NCBI GenBank assembly: GCA_039714075.1 | Contig: JBDLKA010000022.1 | Coordinates: 1-42,823, forward strand | Source: Candidatus Krumholzibacteriota bacterium | GTDB taxonomy: Bacteria > Krumholzibacteriota > Krumholzibacteriia > LZORAL124-64-63 | Length of the DNA stretch: 42,823 nucleotides | Reading direction: 5' to 3' | Shown here: positions 9,052 through 18,717 of the stretch, in pieces | How positions within the stretch are numbered: the first letter of the stretch is position 1 | How the letters are laid out: the number at the start of each line of letters is the position of its first letter | Program-made: the position numbers and the translations under genes | Notes under the pieces: model-generated | Databases searched by the model: none | Seen by the model: the letters and a program-made list of their open reading frames with translations, nothing else | What the model was told of the DNA's origin: nothing

Positions 9052-10758
9052 ATGAATCGTCACCGTTTTGTTGCCGCCTTTGTGACTGGAGCCCTGCTCT
9101 TTGGTTTATCCGCCCTGGCCGCCGACCGGATCACCGGCAAGCCCTTCGCCACCCGCAGCGAGGTCATCGCCCAACACGGGATGGCCGCCACCAGCCAGCC
9201 ACTGGCCACCCAGATCGCGTTGGACATTCTGAAAAAAGGCGGTAGCGCGGTTGATGCGGCGATCGCGGCCAACGCCGCCCTGGGATTGATGGAGCCCACC
9301 GGCAACGGCATGGGCGGTGACCTTTTCGCCATCGTTTGGGACGCAAAAACGGAAAAGCTCCACGGGTTGAACGCCAGCGGGCGCTCCCCCCGGTCCCTGA
9401 CCCTGGAGGAATTCAGGAAGCGGGAACTGACCAGTATCCCTCCCTACGGCGTCCTGCCCATCACCGTGCCCGGTTGCGTTGACGGCTGGTTCGAGCTGCA
9501 CGAAAAATTCGGCAGGTTGGACATGGAGGAAGTGCTCACGCCGGCCATCGGCTACGCCCGGGACGGTTTTCCGGTCAGCGAACTGATCGCCTACTACTGG
9601 GATTTGAGCGTGCCAACCCGCGCCGACCAGCCCAACTTTCTCGAGACCTTCACCACGGACGGCCGGGCCCCGGCCAAAGGTGAAGTCTGGCGCAACGAAC
9701 CCTTGGCGCGGACCCTGGAAATGATTGCCGCGGGTGGTCGCAACGAATTCTACAAGGGGGACATCGCCCGCGTCATCGCCCGCACGGTACAGGATGCCGG
9801 GGGATTCCTTTCCTATGAGGACCTCGCCGCACACCGCAGCGAATGGGTGGAACCGGTGTCCGCGAATTACCGGGGCGTCGATGTCTGGGAACTGCCGCCC
9901 AACGGCCAGGGCATCGCCGCGCTGCAGATCCTAAACATCCTCGAGACCTTCGACATAGCCGGCATGGGATTCGGGAGCACGGCATACGTCCACACCTTCG
10001 TCGAGGCCAAGAAACTGGCTTTCGAGGACCGTGCTAAGTTCTACGCCGACATGGAATTCGCTGAAGTCCCGGTCGCGGGGCTGATATCGAAGGAATACGC
10101 CGCCGAGCGCGCCAAACTGATCGACCCCGCGCGCGCCGCCCGTCGCTACGACGCGGGCAATCCGGCCTTGTATGAAGGCGACACCATCTACCTGACCACC
10201 GCCGACAGCGAAGGCAACATGGTCTCGCTGATCCAGAGCAACTACCGCGGCATGGGCTGCGGCGTATGTCCCGAAGGGTTGGGCTTCGGACTTCAGGACC
10301 GCGGTGAACTGTTCAACCTCAAAGAAGACGAAGCCAACACCTACGCGCCGGGCAAGCGTCCCTTCCACACCATCATCCCAGCGTTCGCGACCCGGGACGG
10401 CAAGCCCTGGCTGAGCTTCGGCGTGATGGGCGGCGCGACCCAGCCCCAGGCCCACGCGCAGATCATCGTCAACCTGGTGGACTTCGGCATGAACCTGCAG
10501 GAGGCCGGGGACGCGCCGCGCATCCTGCACACCGGCTCCGGCCAACCCACCGGTGAAACCATGGTCCGGGGCGGAATCGTATCGCTGGAGACCGGCATCG
10601 GGTACGAAACGCGCCGCGAACTGACGGAAAGGGGCCACCGCCTGCAGGTCAACGTGGGGTCTTTCGGCGGCTATCAGGCCATCATGTTCGACGAAGAGCA
10701 GGGCGTGTATTACGGCGCATCGGAGTCACGCAAGGACGGCCAGGCGGCCGGCTACTAG
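9052..10758 (+). CDS. ggt: Gamma-glutamyltransferase (Ntn hydrolase), exported
   Basis: Signal peptide; GGSAVDAAIAAN, PPNGQG, autoprocessing site GD|TIYL (Thr nucleophile), PGKRPFHTIIP, GVMGG, terminal ESRKDGQAAGY. Confidence 0.95.
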   Translation: MNRHRFVAAFVTGALLFGLSALAADRITGKPFATRSEVIAQHGMAATSQPLATQIALDILKKGGSAVDAAIAANAALGLMEPTGNGMGGDLFAIVWDAKTEKLHGLNASGRSPRSLTLEEFRKRELTSIPPYGVLPITVPGCVDGWFELHEKFGRLDMEEVLTPAIGYARDGFPVSELIAYYWDLSVPTRADQPNFLETFTTDGRAPAKGEVWRNEPLARTLEMIAAGGRNEFYKGDIARVIARTVQDAGGFLSYEDLAAHRSEWVEPVSANYRGVDVWELPPNGQGIAALQILNILETFDIAGMGFGSTAYVHTFVEAKKLAFEDRAKFYADMEFAEVPVAGLISKEYAAERAKLIDPARAARRYDAGNPALYEGDTIYLTTADSEGNMVSLIQSNYRGMGCGVCPEGLGFGLQDRGELFNLKEDEANTYAPGKRPFHTIIPAFATRDGKPWLSFGVMGGATQPQAHAQIIVNLVDFGMNLQEAGDAPRILHTGSGQPTGETMVRGGIVSLETGIGYETRRELTERGHRLQVNVGSFGGYQAIMFDEEQGVYYGASESRKDGQAAGY

Positions 10759-10773
10759 GCGAAAGGTCTTTTC

Positions 10774-11883
10774 ATGAAATCGATCAATCTGATCCTGACG
10801 GTCCTGACCATGGCGGCCGTTCTGGTGTCCGGCACCCTGGCCGACGAACCGGCCCCGACCCTGGAGAGCATCGCCGCCCAGATCGACGGCGTCGCCAAGA
10901 CCCTCGACGGTTTCCGCCACCGCCTGGACGCCCTGGAAAAGAAGGTGGACGACGGGCTGTGGTTCGACCGCCTGGGCGATGTCGCGGTGATCGACAAGGT
11001 GCGCCTCTACGGCCCGCCGCGCTGGAAGGAAAAGAGCGAAACGGCCATCGGGGCGGGCAATCCCGTGAAGTTCTATGCCTACATCTTTTTTCCGAAGGAC
11101 CTGGACACCTCGCAGAAGACGCCCCTGCTGGTCTTTCCCCACGGCGGAGTGCATGCCGACTTCAGCACCTATTACATCCACATCGTTCGCGAGATGCTGG
11201 CCCAGGGTTACGCCATCGTCGCTCCCGAGTACCGCGGCAGCACCGGGTACGGGCGCACGGTCTACGAGAACATCGACTACGGCGGGCGCGAGGTGGACGA
11301 CAACCATGCCTGCCGCCAGTACATGATCGACAACTACGATTTCATCGACGCCGGCCGGGTCGGCATGATCGGCTGGAGCCACGGCGGATTGATCAGCCTG
11401 ATGAACATCTTCGCCAACCCCGACGACTACAAGTGCGCCTACGCCGGTGTTCCTGTCAGCGACCTGATCGCCCGCCTGGGCTACCTGGACGACGACTATC
11501 GCGCGCTCTACTCCGCCGACTACCACATCGGCGAAACCGTGATGGAGAACATCGAGGAATACAAGCGCCGCTCCCCCGCCTGGAACGCGGAAAAACTCCA
11601 GACGCCGCTACTGATCCACACCAACACCAACGACGAGGACGTCAACGTGCTCGAGGTGGAACACCTGATCAAGGCGTTGAAGGCCGCGGACAAGGAATTC
11701 GAATACGAGATCTACCAGGATGTGCCGGGAGGCCACAGCTTCGATCGGTTGGACGGTAGCGAAGCCAAAGAGGTCCGGCTGAAGGTCTATGAATTCCTGG
11801 CCAGACACCTGAACCCCACCCGGCCGATAACCGATCTGAAACAGTTGCACACCGCCGGTTACCGGTTGCCGCAGGGGCCCTAG
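10774..11883 (+). CDS. S9 (prolyl oligopeptidase-like) alpha/beta hydrolase, exported
   Basis: Signal peptide; HGG, EYRGSTGYG, nucleophile elbow GWSHGG, DEDV, GHSF; short coiled-coil-like N-terminal segment instead of a beta-propeller. Confidence 0.88.
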   Translation: MKSINLILTVLTMAAVLVSGTLADEPAPTLESIAAQIDGVAKTLDGFRHRLDALEKKVDDGLWFDRLGDVAVIDKVRLYGPPRWKEKSETAIGAGNPVKFYAYIFFPKDLDTSQKTPLLVFPHGGVHADFSTYYIHIVREMLAQGYAIVAPEYRGSTGYGRTVYENIDYGGREVDDNHACRQYMIDNYDFIDAGRVGMIGWSHGGLISLMNIFANPDDYKCAYAGVPVSDLIARLGYLDDDYRALYSADYHIGETVMENIEEYKRRSPAWNAEKLQTPLLIHTNTNDEDVNVLEVEHLIKALKAADKEFEYEIYQDVPGGHSFDRLDGSEAKEVRLKVYEFLARHLNPTRPITDLKQLHTAGYRLPQGP

Positions 11884-11889
11884 ACAACC

Positions 11890-13266
11890 ATGGGCGACCC
11901 TCTGCTCTACCGGATAAACCGCAATATCGTCCGGCTGGGTATGCGCGCCTACTTCCAGGACATTGAAGTGGTCGGCCGGTCCCTGGCCCCGGCGGACGGA
12001 CCGATGATCTTCGCGTCCAACCACCCGCATTCCATTACCGACAGTCTGGTCCTGGGCCTGGCCGCCGACCGCATGCTCCACTTCATCGCCCACAGCGGGT
12101 TGTTCCGCAACCGCTTTAAAGCCTGGTTCATGCGCAAAAGCGGAGTCATCCCCGTCTACCGCCCCCAGGATGTCGAGGGATCCACCGACAAGAACCTCAC
12201 CATGTTTTCCGCCTGCTACGAGATCCTGGACCGGGGTGAAGCCATCGGGATCTTCCCCGAAGGGACAAGCGCCGAGGAAAGGCGGGTCCAGAAACTGAAG
12301 ACAGGCACGGCCCGCATCGCCCTGGGGGCGGAAGAAAGGGCGGGCTGGAATCTGGGGCTGACCCTGGTGCCGGTCGGTCTGAACTTCGAGAGCTGTTCCC
12401 GGTTCCGCAGCCGGGTGCTGGTCAAATTCGGGGAACCCATCGTGCCGGCGGCCTGGCGCGCCGAATTCGAGGCTGACCCCACCACGACGGTCAACCGACT
12501 GACGGATCTGCTGCAGGAACGATTGCGCCGGCAAGTGGTCAACGTCGAACAGTCCGAGTATGAAGCGTTTGTCCTGGACGTGGAAAAGATCTTCAAGGAC
12601 GAGTTGCTCTCCCGTGACGACCTCAATATTCCAGGCAATTCGGCTTACCAGCGTGACCAGGCCGTCACCGCGGGAATTGCCAGGTGTCTGGCCTACTACC
12701 ACGAGCGCAGCCCCGACGTCATCTGGCGGCTGGCCCGTCAGATGAAGGGATACAACGCCAGACGCCACGTTCTGAAACTGAGGGACGACCTGCTTCGCGA
12801 ACAGGAGGGTCCCCTGGTGCGGGGGGAATTGTGGCGCTTGGTTGTCGGAGGAATCGCGGGCCTTCCCTGGGCTATGTTCGGCCTGGTGGGGAACTGGCTC
12901 CCCTACCGTTTGACCGGTTGGCTCCGCAACCGCATCGCGCCCGACCGGACCAAGATCCACCAGGTCCAATTCGGCGTCGGCGCGGCCCTGTTCCTGGTTT
13001 GGTATGCAGCCCTGCTGACGGTATCGTTTCGGGTGTTCGGGACGGCGACCACCATTGTCGCAGGCCTCGGGCTTCCCCTGGCCGGATTGTTCGCCCGCGA
13101 ATATTTTCGTTACATGAAAAAACGCCGGCGCATGCTTCGTTTCGCCGGCCTGGAGTTCAGACTCGGGTTCAGGGTCCAGGAACTGCGGCTCGAGCGCCGG
13201 CGCCTGGTCCGCAACCTGGAGAACGCCATGCAACGGTATCTGCAAGCCATCGAGGAGGAATCGTGA
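11890..13266 (+). CDS. Lysophospholipid/glycerol acyltransferase (PlsC-type) with C-terminal transmembrane region
   Basis: NHPHSITD (HxxxxD), IPVYR, FPEGT, KTGTARIA; C-terminal hydrophobic helices. Confidence 0.88.
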   Translation: MGDPLLYRINRNIVRLGMRAYFQDIEVVGRSLAPADGPMIFASNHPHSITDSLVLGLAADRMLHFIAHSGLFRNRFKAWFMRKSGVIPVYRPQDVEGSTDKNLTMFSACYEILDRGEAIGIFPEGTSAEERRVQKLKTGTARIALGAEERAGWNLGLTLVPVGLNFESCSRFRSRVLVKFGEPIVPAAWRAEFEADPTTTVNRLTDLLQERLRRQVVNVEQSEYEAFVLDVEKIFKDELLSRDDLNIPGNSAYQRDQAVTAGIARCLAYYHERSPDVIWRLARQMKGYNARRHVLKLRDDLLREQEGPLVRGELWRLVVGGIAGLPWAMFGLVGNWLPYRLTGWLRNRIAPDRTKIHQVQFGVGAALFLVWYAALLTVSFRVFGTATTIVAGLGLPLAGLFAREYFRYMKKRRRMLRFAGLEFRLGFRVQELRLERRRLVRNLENAMQRYLQAIEEES

Positions 13267-13949
13267 GCCCCAGCATGCTGGACATCCCCTCGGTGAGGGA
13301 GTACCTGGGCAAAAGGTTGATCTGCCAGGTGGCGACCACTGAAAAGAGGCTGGCCCTGACCTTCGACGACGGCCCCAATCCCCACAACACGACCAGGTTG
13401 CTCGAGATGCTGGCGAGCAAGGGCATCAAGGCCACGTTTTTCGTAGTCGGCCGGCGGGTGCGGCGATTCCGGGACCTGCTGAAGCAGACCTTCGACGCGG
13501 GCCATGAGATCGGGAACCACTGCGATCACCATGTGCCGCTGTCGTTCCTGCCACGGGCCATCATCCGGCGCGAACTGGAGGTCTGCGGCCATCTGGTCGA
13601 AGGCGTCACCGGCCGCCGACCGCGTTTCATGCGGCCGCCCATGGGCTGGTTCAACGACAAGGTACTCGAGGTTGCGCGCGGGGCGGGTTACGAACCGGTG
13701 ATCGGCAGCATTCATCCCCAGGATTCTCGGCAGCCGGGCCTTGAAACCGTCCTGCGCCGGGTGCGCCGGCGCATCGAACCCGGGGCGATCATCATCCTTC
13801 ACGACGGCGGCTGGCGCATCGGCGTGGACCGCAGCCAGACCCTGGCCGCGGTGGACATCATCACGGACGAACTGCTGGAAGCCGGCTACCGGTTCCAGAC
13901 CCTGAGCGAACTGGTGGACGATCCGCACCAGGGAAAGAGCACTGCATGA
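13263..13949 (+). CDS. Polysaccharide deacetylase (NodB/CE4)
   Basis: LTFDDGP, HEIGNHCDHH, RPPMG, IILHDG. GTG 13263 overlaps the upstream TGA (alternative ATG 13275). The track ORF from 12684 is over-extended. Confidence 0.9.
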   Translation: MSPSMLDIPSVREYLGKRLICQVATTEKRLALTFDDGPNPHNTTRLLEMLASKGIKATFFVVGRRVRRFRDLLKQTFDAGHEIGNHCDHHVPLSFLPRAIIRRELEVCGHLVEGVTGRRPRFMRPPMGWFNDKVLEVARGAGYEPVIGSIHPQDSRQPGLETVLRRVRRRIEPGAIIILHDGGWRIGVDRSQTLAAVDIITDELLEAGYRFQTLSELVDDPHQGKSTA

Positions 13950-15088
13950 ATCCCTTTGATCTGCCCCTGGAAACCATTGAAGACCTGGTCGAAAAGCACG
14001 GCACGCCGCTGTACATCGTCAGCCGGAAGAAACTTCTGGAGAACTACCGGCGGCTGGACCGCTGCCTGCCGGCGGTGACCTTGTTCTACGCCGTCAAGAC
14101 CAACCCCCACGCCGGCATCCTGGAGATCCTCAAGGAAGCCGGCGCGGGTTTCGACGTGGCCTCCCGGGGCGAGATCATGGACGCGGTCAACGCCGGGGCC
14201 AACCCGCGCGAGGACCTGATCTTCGCCGACACAGTGAAGGACCCCAAACACATCGCTCACGCCTTCGGCATCGGCCTGGATGATTTCACCTTCGACAACC
14301 GTTCGGAGATCACCCAGATCGCCCGGCACGCGCCGGGCGCCAACGTCCACGTGCGGATCATGGTTTCGAACAAGGGCAGCGTGGCTCATCTGAGCGACAA
14401 GTTCGGCGCCGAGACCGGCGAAGCGGTGCCCCTGCTGCTGGAAGCCCGCGACCAGGGGCTCGTCCCGCGCGGGGTCAGTTTCCACGTGGGCAGCCAGTGC
14501 CTGGACGTGAAACGTTACGTCGACGCCCTAGACCAGGTCCGCGAAATTTTCGACGATGCGGAAAAGCAGGGCCTGAATCTGGAGATGATCGACATCGGCG
14601 GCGGCTTCCCGGTCCGTTACGAAAACGAGGACATCGACATCGAAGGCATGTGCGCGGTGATCGACCGGCACTACCGCAAGTTGTTCGGGACGGAAATCAA
14701 ACTGGTCGCCGAACCGGGCCGGGCCGTCGTGGGCGACGCGGTCATCCTGGTCACCAAAGTGATATCGGAATCGGTGCGGCAAAAGAAGAACTGGCTCTAC
14801 TTCGACGACGGCACCTATGGCAGCTTCATGGAGGTCCTGCTGTACCAGATGAAGTTCCCGCTGAAAACCAACACCGAAGGGCCCCGGCGAAAATACGTTC
14901 TGGCGGGGCCGACCTGCGACTCCATCGACGTGTTTTCCCGGGATAAAAAGGGCAAGATCAAGGAGGTGGAACTGCCGGAGATGCACCTGGACGACCTGCT
15001 GATCGCCGGCAGCATGGGCGCCTACACCTACTCCGAATCAACCCGGTTCAACGGGTTCGATCCGCCCGGGTTCATCTACATCGACTGA
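13946..15088 (+). CDS. Fold-type III PLP-dependent basic amino acid decarboxylase (ornithine/lysine decarboxylase-like)
   Basis: YAVKTN (PLP Lys), FDVAS, KFGA, SFHVGSQ, DIGGGF, EPGR, GPTCDSID, GAYT, FNGF; ATGA overlap with the deacetylase. Confidence 0.92.
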   Translation: MNPFDLPLETIEDLVEKHGTPLYIVSRKKLLENYRRLDRCLPAVTLFYAVKTNPHAGILEILKEAGAGFDVASRGEIMDAVNAGANPREDLIFADTVKDPKHIAHAFGIGLDDFTFDNRSEITQIARHAPGANVHVRIMVSNKGSVAHLSDKFGAETGEAVPLLLEARDQGLVPRGVSFHVGSQCLDVKRYVDALDQVREIFDDAEKQGLNLEMIDIGGGFPVRYENEDIDIEGMCAVIDRHYRKLFGTEIKLVAEPGRAVVGDAVILVTKVISESVRQKKNWLYFDDGTYGSFMEVLLYQMKFPLKTNTEGPRRKYVLAGPTCDSIDVFSRDKKGKIKEVELPEMHLDDLLIAGSMGAYTYSESTRFNGFDPPGFIYID

Positions 15089-15099
15089 CGGGTCCGCCT

Positions 15100-15405
15100 T
15101 CAGGGGCAACCGTCCATTTCGTGCAGGCAGGTCATCTGCCGCAGGTGGGCCAGGGCCTCCTCCTTCGTCTTGCCGGTGGCCGTCTCGAATTCCTTGCCGC
15201 GCTCGGCCGACGCGGACCAGGTCAGCCCGCAATGCACCTGCCAATCGTCAGAGAGCATCGCCTTCAATTCGGGATTGGACTTGCTGCCGCACTCCCGACT
15301 GAGGGTGATGATGGTCTGAAAGACCGTGCGCAGGACTTCCAGGTTGTCCGCCGAGGCCTCCAGGTCGTCAGGCAATTCGACCTGAATGTTGCATGTCTCG
15401 CTCAT
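15100..15405 (-). CDS. Small hypothetical protein, last gene of the acpS-kbl operon
   Basis: 101 aa, SD GGGGAGG, 34 nt after the kbl stop; contains ATGKTKEEALAHL. Confidence 0.7.
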   Translation of the reverse strand: MSETCNIQVELPDDLEASADNLEVLRTVFQTIITLSRECGSKSNPELKAMLSDDWQVHCGLTWSASAERGKEFETATGKTKEEALAHLRQMTCLHEMDGCP

Positions 15406-15439
15406 GATCCTCCCCTTCCCGGCTTTCAGGATTGCGGGC

Positions 15440-16687
15440 TCAGAGCCCGTACATCTCCTTGATCTCTTTCTTGGACTTGCCCAGGATGCCGTACTTGTCC
15501 CCCACCTTGGCGAAGGCTTCCAGCCCCTTTTCCAGGTGATGCCGTTCGTGACCCGCCGAAAGCTGGGTGCGGATCCGCGCCTGCCCCTTGGCCACGACCG
15601 GGAAGAAGAAGCCGACCACGTAAATGCCCTCGGCGTAGAGATCGCGCGCCATGTCCTGGGCCAGTTTGGCGTTGTAGAGCATCACCGGCACGATGGGACT
15701 GTCGCCGGCCTTCAGGTCCAGGCCGATCTCCCGTAGCCCGTCGCGCCAGAATTTCGTATTCCACTCCAGTTTGTCCCGCCGCTCGGTGGTGGCCGAAACC
15801 AGGTCCAGGACCTTGATGGCGCCCGACACGATGACCGGGGCGACGGTGTTGGAAAACAGATAGGGCCGCGCGCGTTGCCGGCACAGTTCGACCAGCTCCC
15901 GGCGGCCGCTGACGCAACCGCCCGAGGCCCCGCCCAGCGCCTTGCCCAGCGTGGTGGTGATGATGTCGATCTGCCCCAGCACCCCGCAGTGCTCGTGGGT
16001 GCCGCGGCCGGTCTTGCCGATGAAGCCAGAGGCATGCGAATCATCCACGAAAACCATGGCGTCGTATTTTTCCGCCAGGGCCACGATCTCGTCCAGTTTG
16101 GCCAGGTCGCCGTCCATGGAGAACACGCCGTCGGTGATGATCAGGCGGATCCGCTTGTCCTGGTGGTCCCGCAGCTTCTCTTCCAGGTGCTCCATGTTCG
16201 AATGCTTGTACGTGTCGCGCATGGCCTTGCACAACCGCATGCCGTCGACGATCGACGCGTGCACCAGGCGGTCGGCGATCATGATGTCCTGGTCACCCAG
16301 AAGGGCCTCGAACACCCCAGCGTTGGCGTCCATGCAGGACGGGAACAGCAGGGTGTCTTCGGTGCCCAGGAACTCGGTCAGCCGGTGTTCGAGATGGCCG
16401 TGGATGTCCTGGGTCCCGCAGATGAAGCGGACCGAGGACAGGCCGTAACCGCGGGTCCCCAGACCGATGCGGGCGGCCTCCACAACGTCCGGGTGGCTGG
16501 AAAGCCCCAGATAATTGTTGGCGCAGAAGTTGATGACCTTCTTGCCCTCGGCCCCGGCGGGGAATTCGACCTCGATATCGGCCGCCTGAGGGCTCTTGAT
16601 CCAGCGTTCCTCCTTGAACAGGCCCGCCTCGCGGATGCCGTCCAGCTCCCGGCTGAAGCTGTCCCTCAATTCGTTTGAATAAGCCAT
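15440..16687 (-). CDS. kbl: Glycine C-acetyltransferase (2-amino-3-ketobutyrate CoA ligase), alpha-oxoamine synthase family
   Basis: NFCANNYLGL, SSVRFICGTQ, HASIVDG, DGVFSMDG, DDSHASG, TLGKALGG (PLP Lys), RQRARPYLFSN, FPVVAKGQARIRTQLSA. Confidence 0.9.
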   Translation of the reverse strand: MAYSNELRDSFSRELDGIREAGLFKEERWIKSPQAADIEVEFPAGAEGKKVINFCANNYLGLSSHPDVVEAARIGLGTRGYGLSSVRFICGTQDIHGHLEHRLTEFLGTEDTLLFPSCMDANAGVFEALLGDQDIMIADRLVHASIVDGMRLCKAMRDTYKHSNMEHLEEKLRDHQDKRIRLIITDGVFSMDGDLAKLDEIVALAEKYDAMVFVDDSHASGFIGKTGRGTHEHCGVLGQIDIITTTLGKALGGASGGCVSGRRELVELCRQRARPYLFSNTVAPVIVSGAIKVLDLVSATTERRDKLEWNTKFWRDGLREIGLDLKAGDSPIVPVMLYNAKLAQDMARDLYAEGIYVVGFFFPVVAKGQARIRTQLSAGHERHHLEKGLEAFAKVGDKYGILGKSKKEIKEMYGL

Positions 16688-16707
16688 GATGTCCCTTTCC
16701 GGCAGCG

Positions 16708-16959
16708 TCAGGCCTGTTTGAAGCGGACCACCAGGGCCGCGATGCTGTCCACGGTGTCGAACGCTTCCGGGCTCGCGTCCGCGTCGGGAATCTGGATCTC
16801 GTACTTGTTTTCCAGGAACCGTTTGAGCGAAACCATGGAAAACGAGTCGACGATGCCGCCGCTGATCAGCTCAGTCTCGTAGGTGATCTCCTCGTCCTCG
16901 TCGTCCTCCAGGTACTCCTTGATCACGTATTCGAGAATCGCCTTCTTGTACTCTTCCAT
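16708..16959 (-). CDS. Stand-alone acyl/peptidyl carrier protein (83 aa)
   Basis: Acidic MEEYKKAIL...LISGGIVDSFSMVSL...FDTVDSIA with the DS phosphopantetheine site; real start ATG 16959 lies inside track ORF 16708..17400. Confidence 0.9.
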   Translation of the reverse strand: MEEYKKAILEYVIKEYLEDDEDEEITYETELISGGIVDSFSMVSLKRFLENKYEIQIPDADASPEAFDTVDSIAALVVRFKQA

Positions 16960-16988
16960 CTTGGTCTCCCGTGTTGTGTGGTCCGTGT

Positions 16989-18692
16989 TCAGTCGTTCAT
17001 GATGGTCGAAAGGTCTCCCACCGGCTCTCCGAATTCCTGCGCGCGCAGGACGCGGCGGATGATCTTGCCGCTGCGGGTCTTCGGCAGGACGTCGACGAAC
17101 TCGATTTCCTGCGGCATGGCCAGCGGCGACAGTTTCTTGCGGATGAAATTCATGATTTCCAGGTCGAGGTCCGCGCTCGGTTCGAAACCGGGTTTCAGGG
17201 ACACGAAGGCCTTGACCACCTCCATATTGACCGGGTCGGGCTTGGCCACGGCGGCCGATTCCGCCACCGCAGGATGTTCGAGCAGGGCGGACTCGATCTC
17301 GAACGGCCCCACCAGATGCCCCCCCGTGTTGATGACGTCGTCGTCGCGGCCGACGAACCAGAAGTACCCGTCGGCGTCGATCGTGGCCTGGTCCCCGCAC
17401 ACGAACCAGCCGTTCCTGAACTTGCCCCGGAAGCCTTCCTCGTTGTTCCAGTAGGTGCGAATGAGCGAGGGCCAGTCCGGCCGCAGGGCGATCACCCCCA
17501 CCTGGCCCTGCTTTTCAACGGGCGTGAATTCCACCGGATCCAGGACCGCCGCGGTAATTCCCGGGAACGGCCGGCCCATCGACCCGGGTTTGACCCGCAT
17601 CCCCGGAAAATTGGTGATGACCATGCAGCCGGTTTCCGTCTGCCAGAAGGTGTCGTGGAAAGGTTTGCCGTAGGCTTCCTCGGACCAGACCACCGCTTCG
17701 GCATTGAGGGGTTCACCCACACTGCACAGATGGCGCAGCGAGCCGAGATCGTGTTTGGCAGCCAGTTCGGTGCCCTCCTTCATCAGCAGGCGGATGGCCG
17801 TCGGGGCCGAGTACCAGACGGTGATCCGGTTGCGGGCGATGAAGTCGTACCATTTGTCGGCGTTGAAACCCGAGTCCAGGACCGCCTGGGTGATCCCGTT
17901 GGCCCAGGGTCCGATGATGCCGTAGGACGTTCCCGTCACCCAGCCCGGGTCGGCGTTGCACCAGTAGATGTCGTCCGGTTGCAGATCGAGCACCCACTTG
18001 GCCGTGATGTACTGGGAAATCAAGGAATAGTGGACATGCTGGGCGCCCTTGGGCTGGCCCGTGGTGCCGGAAGTGTAGTGCAGGATGGAAGGCGATTCGG
18101 CGGTCGTCGGGTGCACGGTGAAATTTTCAGCCGGCGGCAGGTCGTGCAGGGCCAGCGGCACCTCGCGTTCCTTCAGGGCTTTGCCCTCGGCGTCCACTAC
18201 CACCACGTGTTTCAATCCGGGCAGGCGTTCGACGATCTTGCGCACCTTCTTGACGTGCTTGCGCTGGGTGATGACCACCGAGGTGCCCGCGTTGTCCAAG
18301 CGGGTCCACAGCGAGTCCTCGCCGAAAGCCGAGAACAGGGGCTGGGCGATGCAGCCCATCTTCAGGGCGGCCAGCACCCCGAAGTACAGCTCGGGCAACC
18401 GGTCCATGAACAGGCACACCCGTTCGCCCGGCTCCACGCCGAGATCCCGCAGCCAGGCGGCGAAGGTGTCGGTCAGGATCCGCATTTCGTCGAAGGTGTA
18501 GGTCCGCTTATCGCCCTTGAAGCCCTCCCAGATCAGGGCCGGCTTGTCGCCCAGACCCAGCTCGCAGATCCGGTCGGTGCAGTACCAGCCGATGTTGACC
18601 GGGTCGCCCGCCCGGTAACCGAGCTCCTTCTCCACCCTGGCCCAGTCGAAGTCTTTCAGCGCCTCTTCGTATGTCGGTGTGTTGCTCATCAT
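16989..18692 (-). CDS. acsA: Acetate--CoA ligase-like adenylate-forming enzyme (AcsA type)
   Basis: YTSGTTGQPKG, DPGWVTG, SAPTAIR, VGEPLN, DTFWQTETG, GRDDDVI, PKTRSGKIIRR; start ATG 18692 or 18689 after GGGAG. Confidence 0.88.
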   Translation of the reverse strand: MMSNTPTYEEALKDFDWARVEKELGYRAGDPVNIGWYCTDRICELGLGDKPALIWEGFKGDKRTYTFDEMRILTDTFAAWLRDLGVEPGERVCLFMDRLPELYFGVLAALKMGCIAQPLFSAFGEDSLWTRLDNAGTSVVITQRKHVKKVRKIVERLPGLKHVVVVDAEGKALKEREVPLALHDLPPAENFTVHPTTAESPSILHYTSGTTGQPKGAQHVHYSLISQYITAKWVLDLQPDDIYWCNADPGWVTGTSYGIIGPWANGITQAVLDSGFNADKWYDFIARNRITVWYSAPTAIRLLMKEGTELAAKHDLGSLRHLCSVGEPLNAEAVVWSEEAYGKPFHDTFWQTETGCMVITNFPGMRVKPGSMGRPFPGITAAVLDPVEFTPVEKQGQVGVIALRPDWPSLIRTYWNNEEGFRGKFRNGWFVCGDQATIDADGYFWFVGRDDDVINTGGHLVGPFEIESALLEHPAVAESAAVAKPDPVNMEVVKAFVSLKPGFEPSADLDLEIMNFIRKKLSPLAMPQEIEFVDVLPKTRSGKIIRRVLRAQEFGEPVGDLSTIMND

Positions 18693-18717
18693 CGCTCCCG
18701 GCTGCTGCAGGTTGGAT

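Noticed and set aside
12684..13262. Long N-terminal extension on the deacetylase
   Set aside because: Overlaps the acyltransferase in another frame; the GTG at 13263 gives a normal-size CE4 protein.
15440..16687. Serine palmitoyltransferase call for the alpha-oxoamine synthase
   Set aside because: Motifs SSVRFICGTQ, RQRARPYLFSN and ARIRTQLSA match KBL better than Spt or BioF, and the partner ligase looks short-chain specific.
16960..17400. N-terminal extension on the ACP (230-aa track ORF)
   Set aside because: Overlaps the ligase in another frame; the ACP begins at ATG 16959 after a GGGAG SD.
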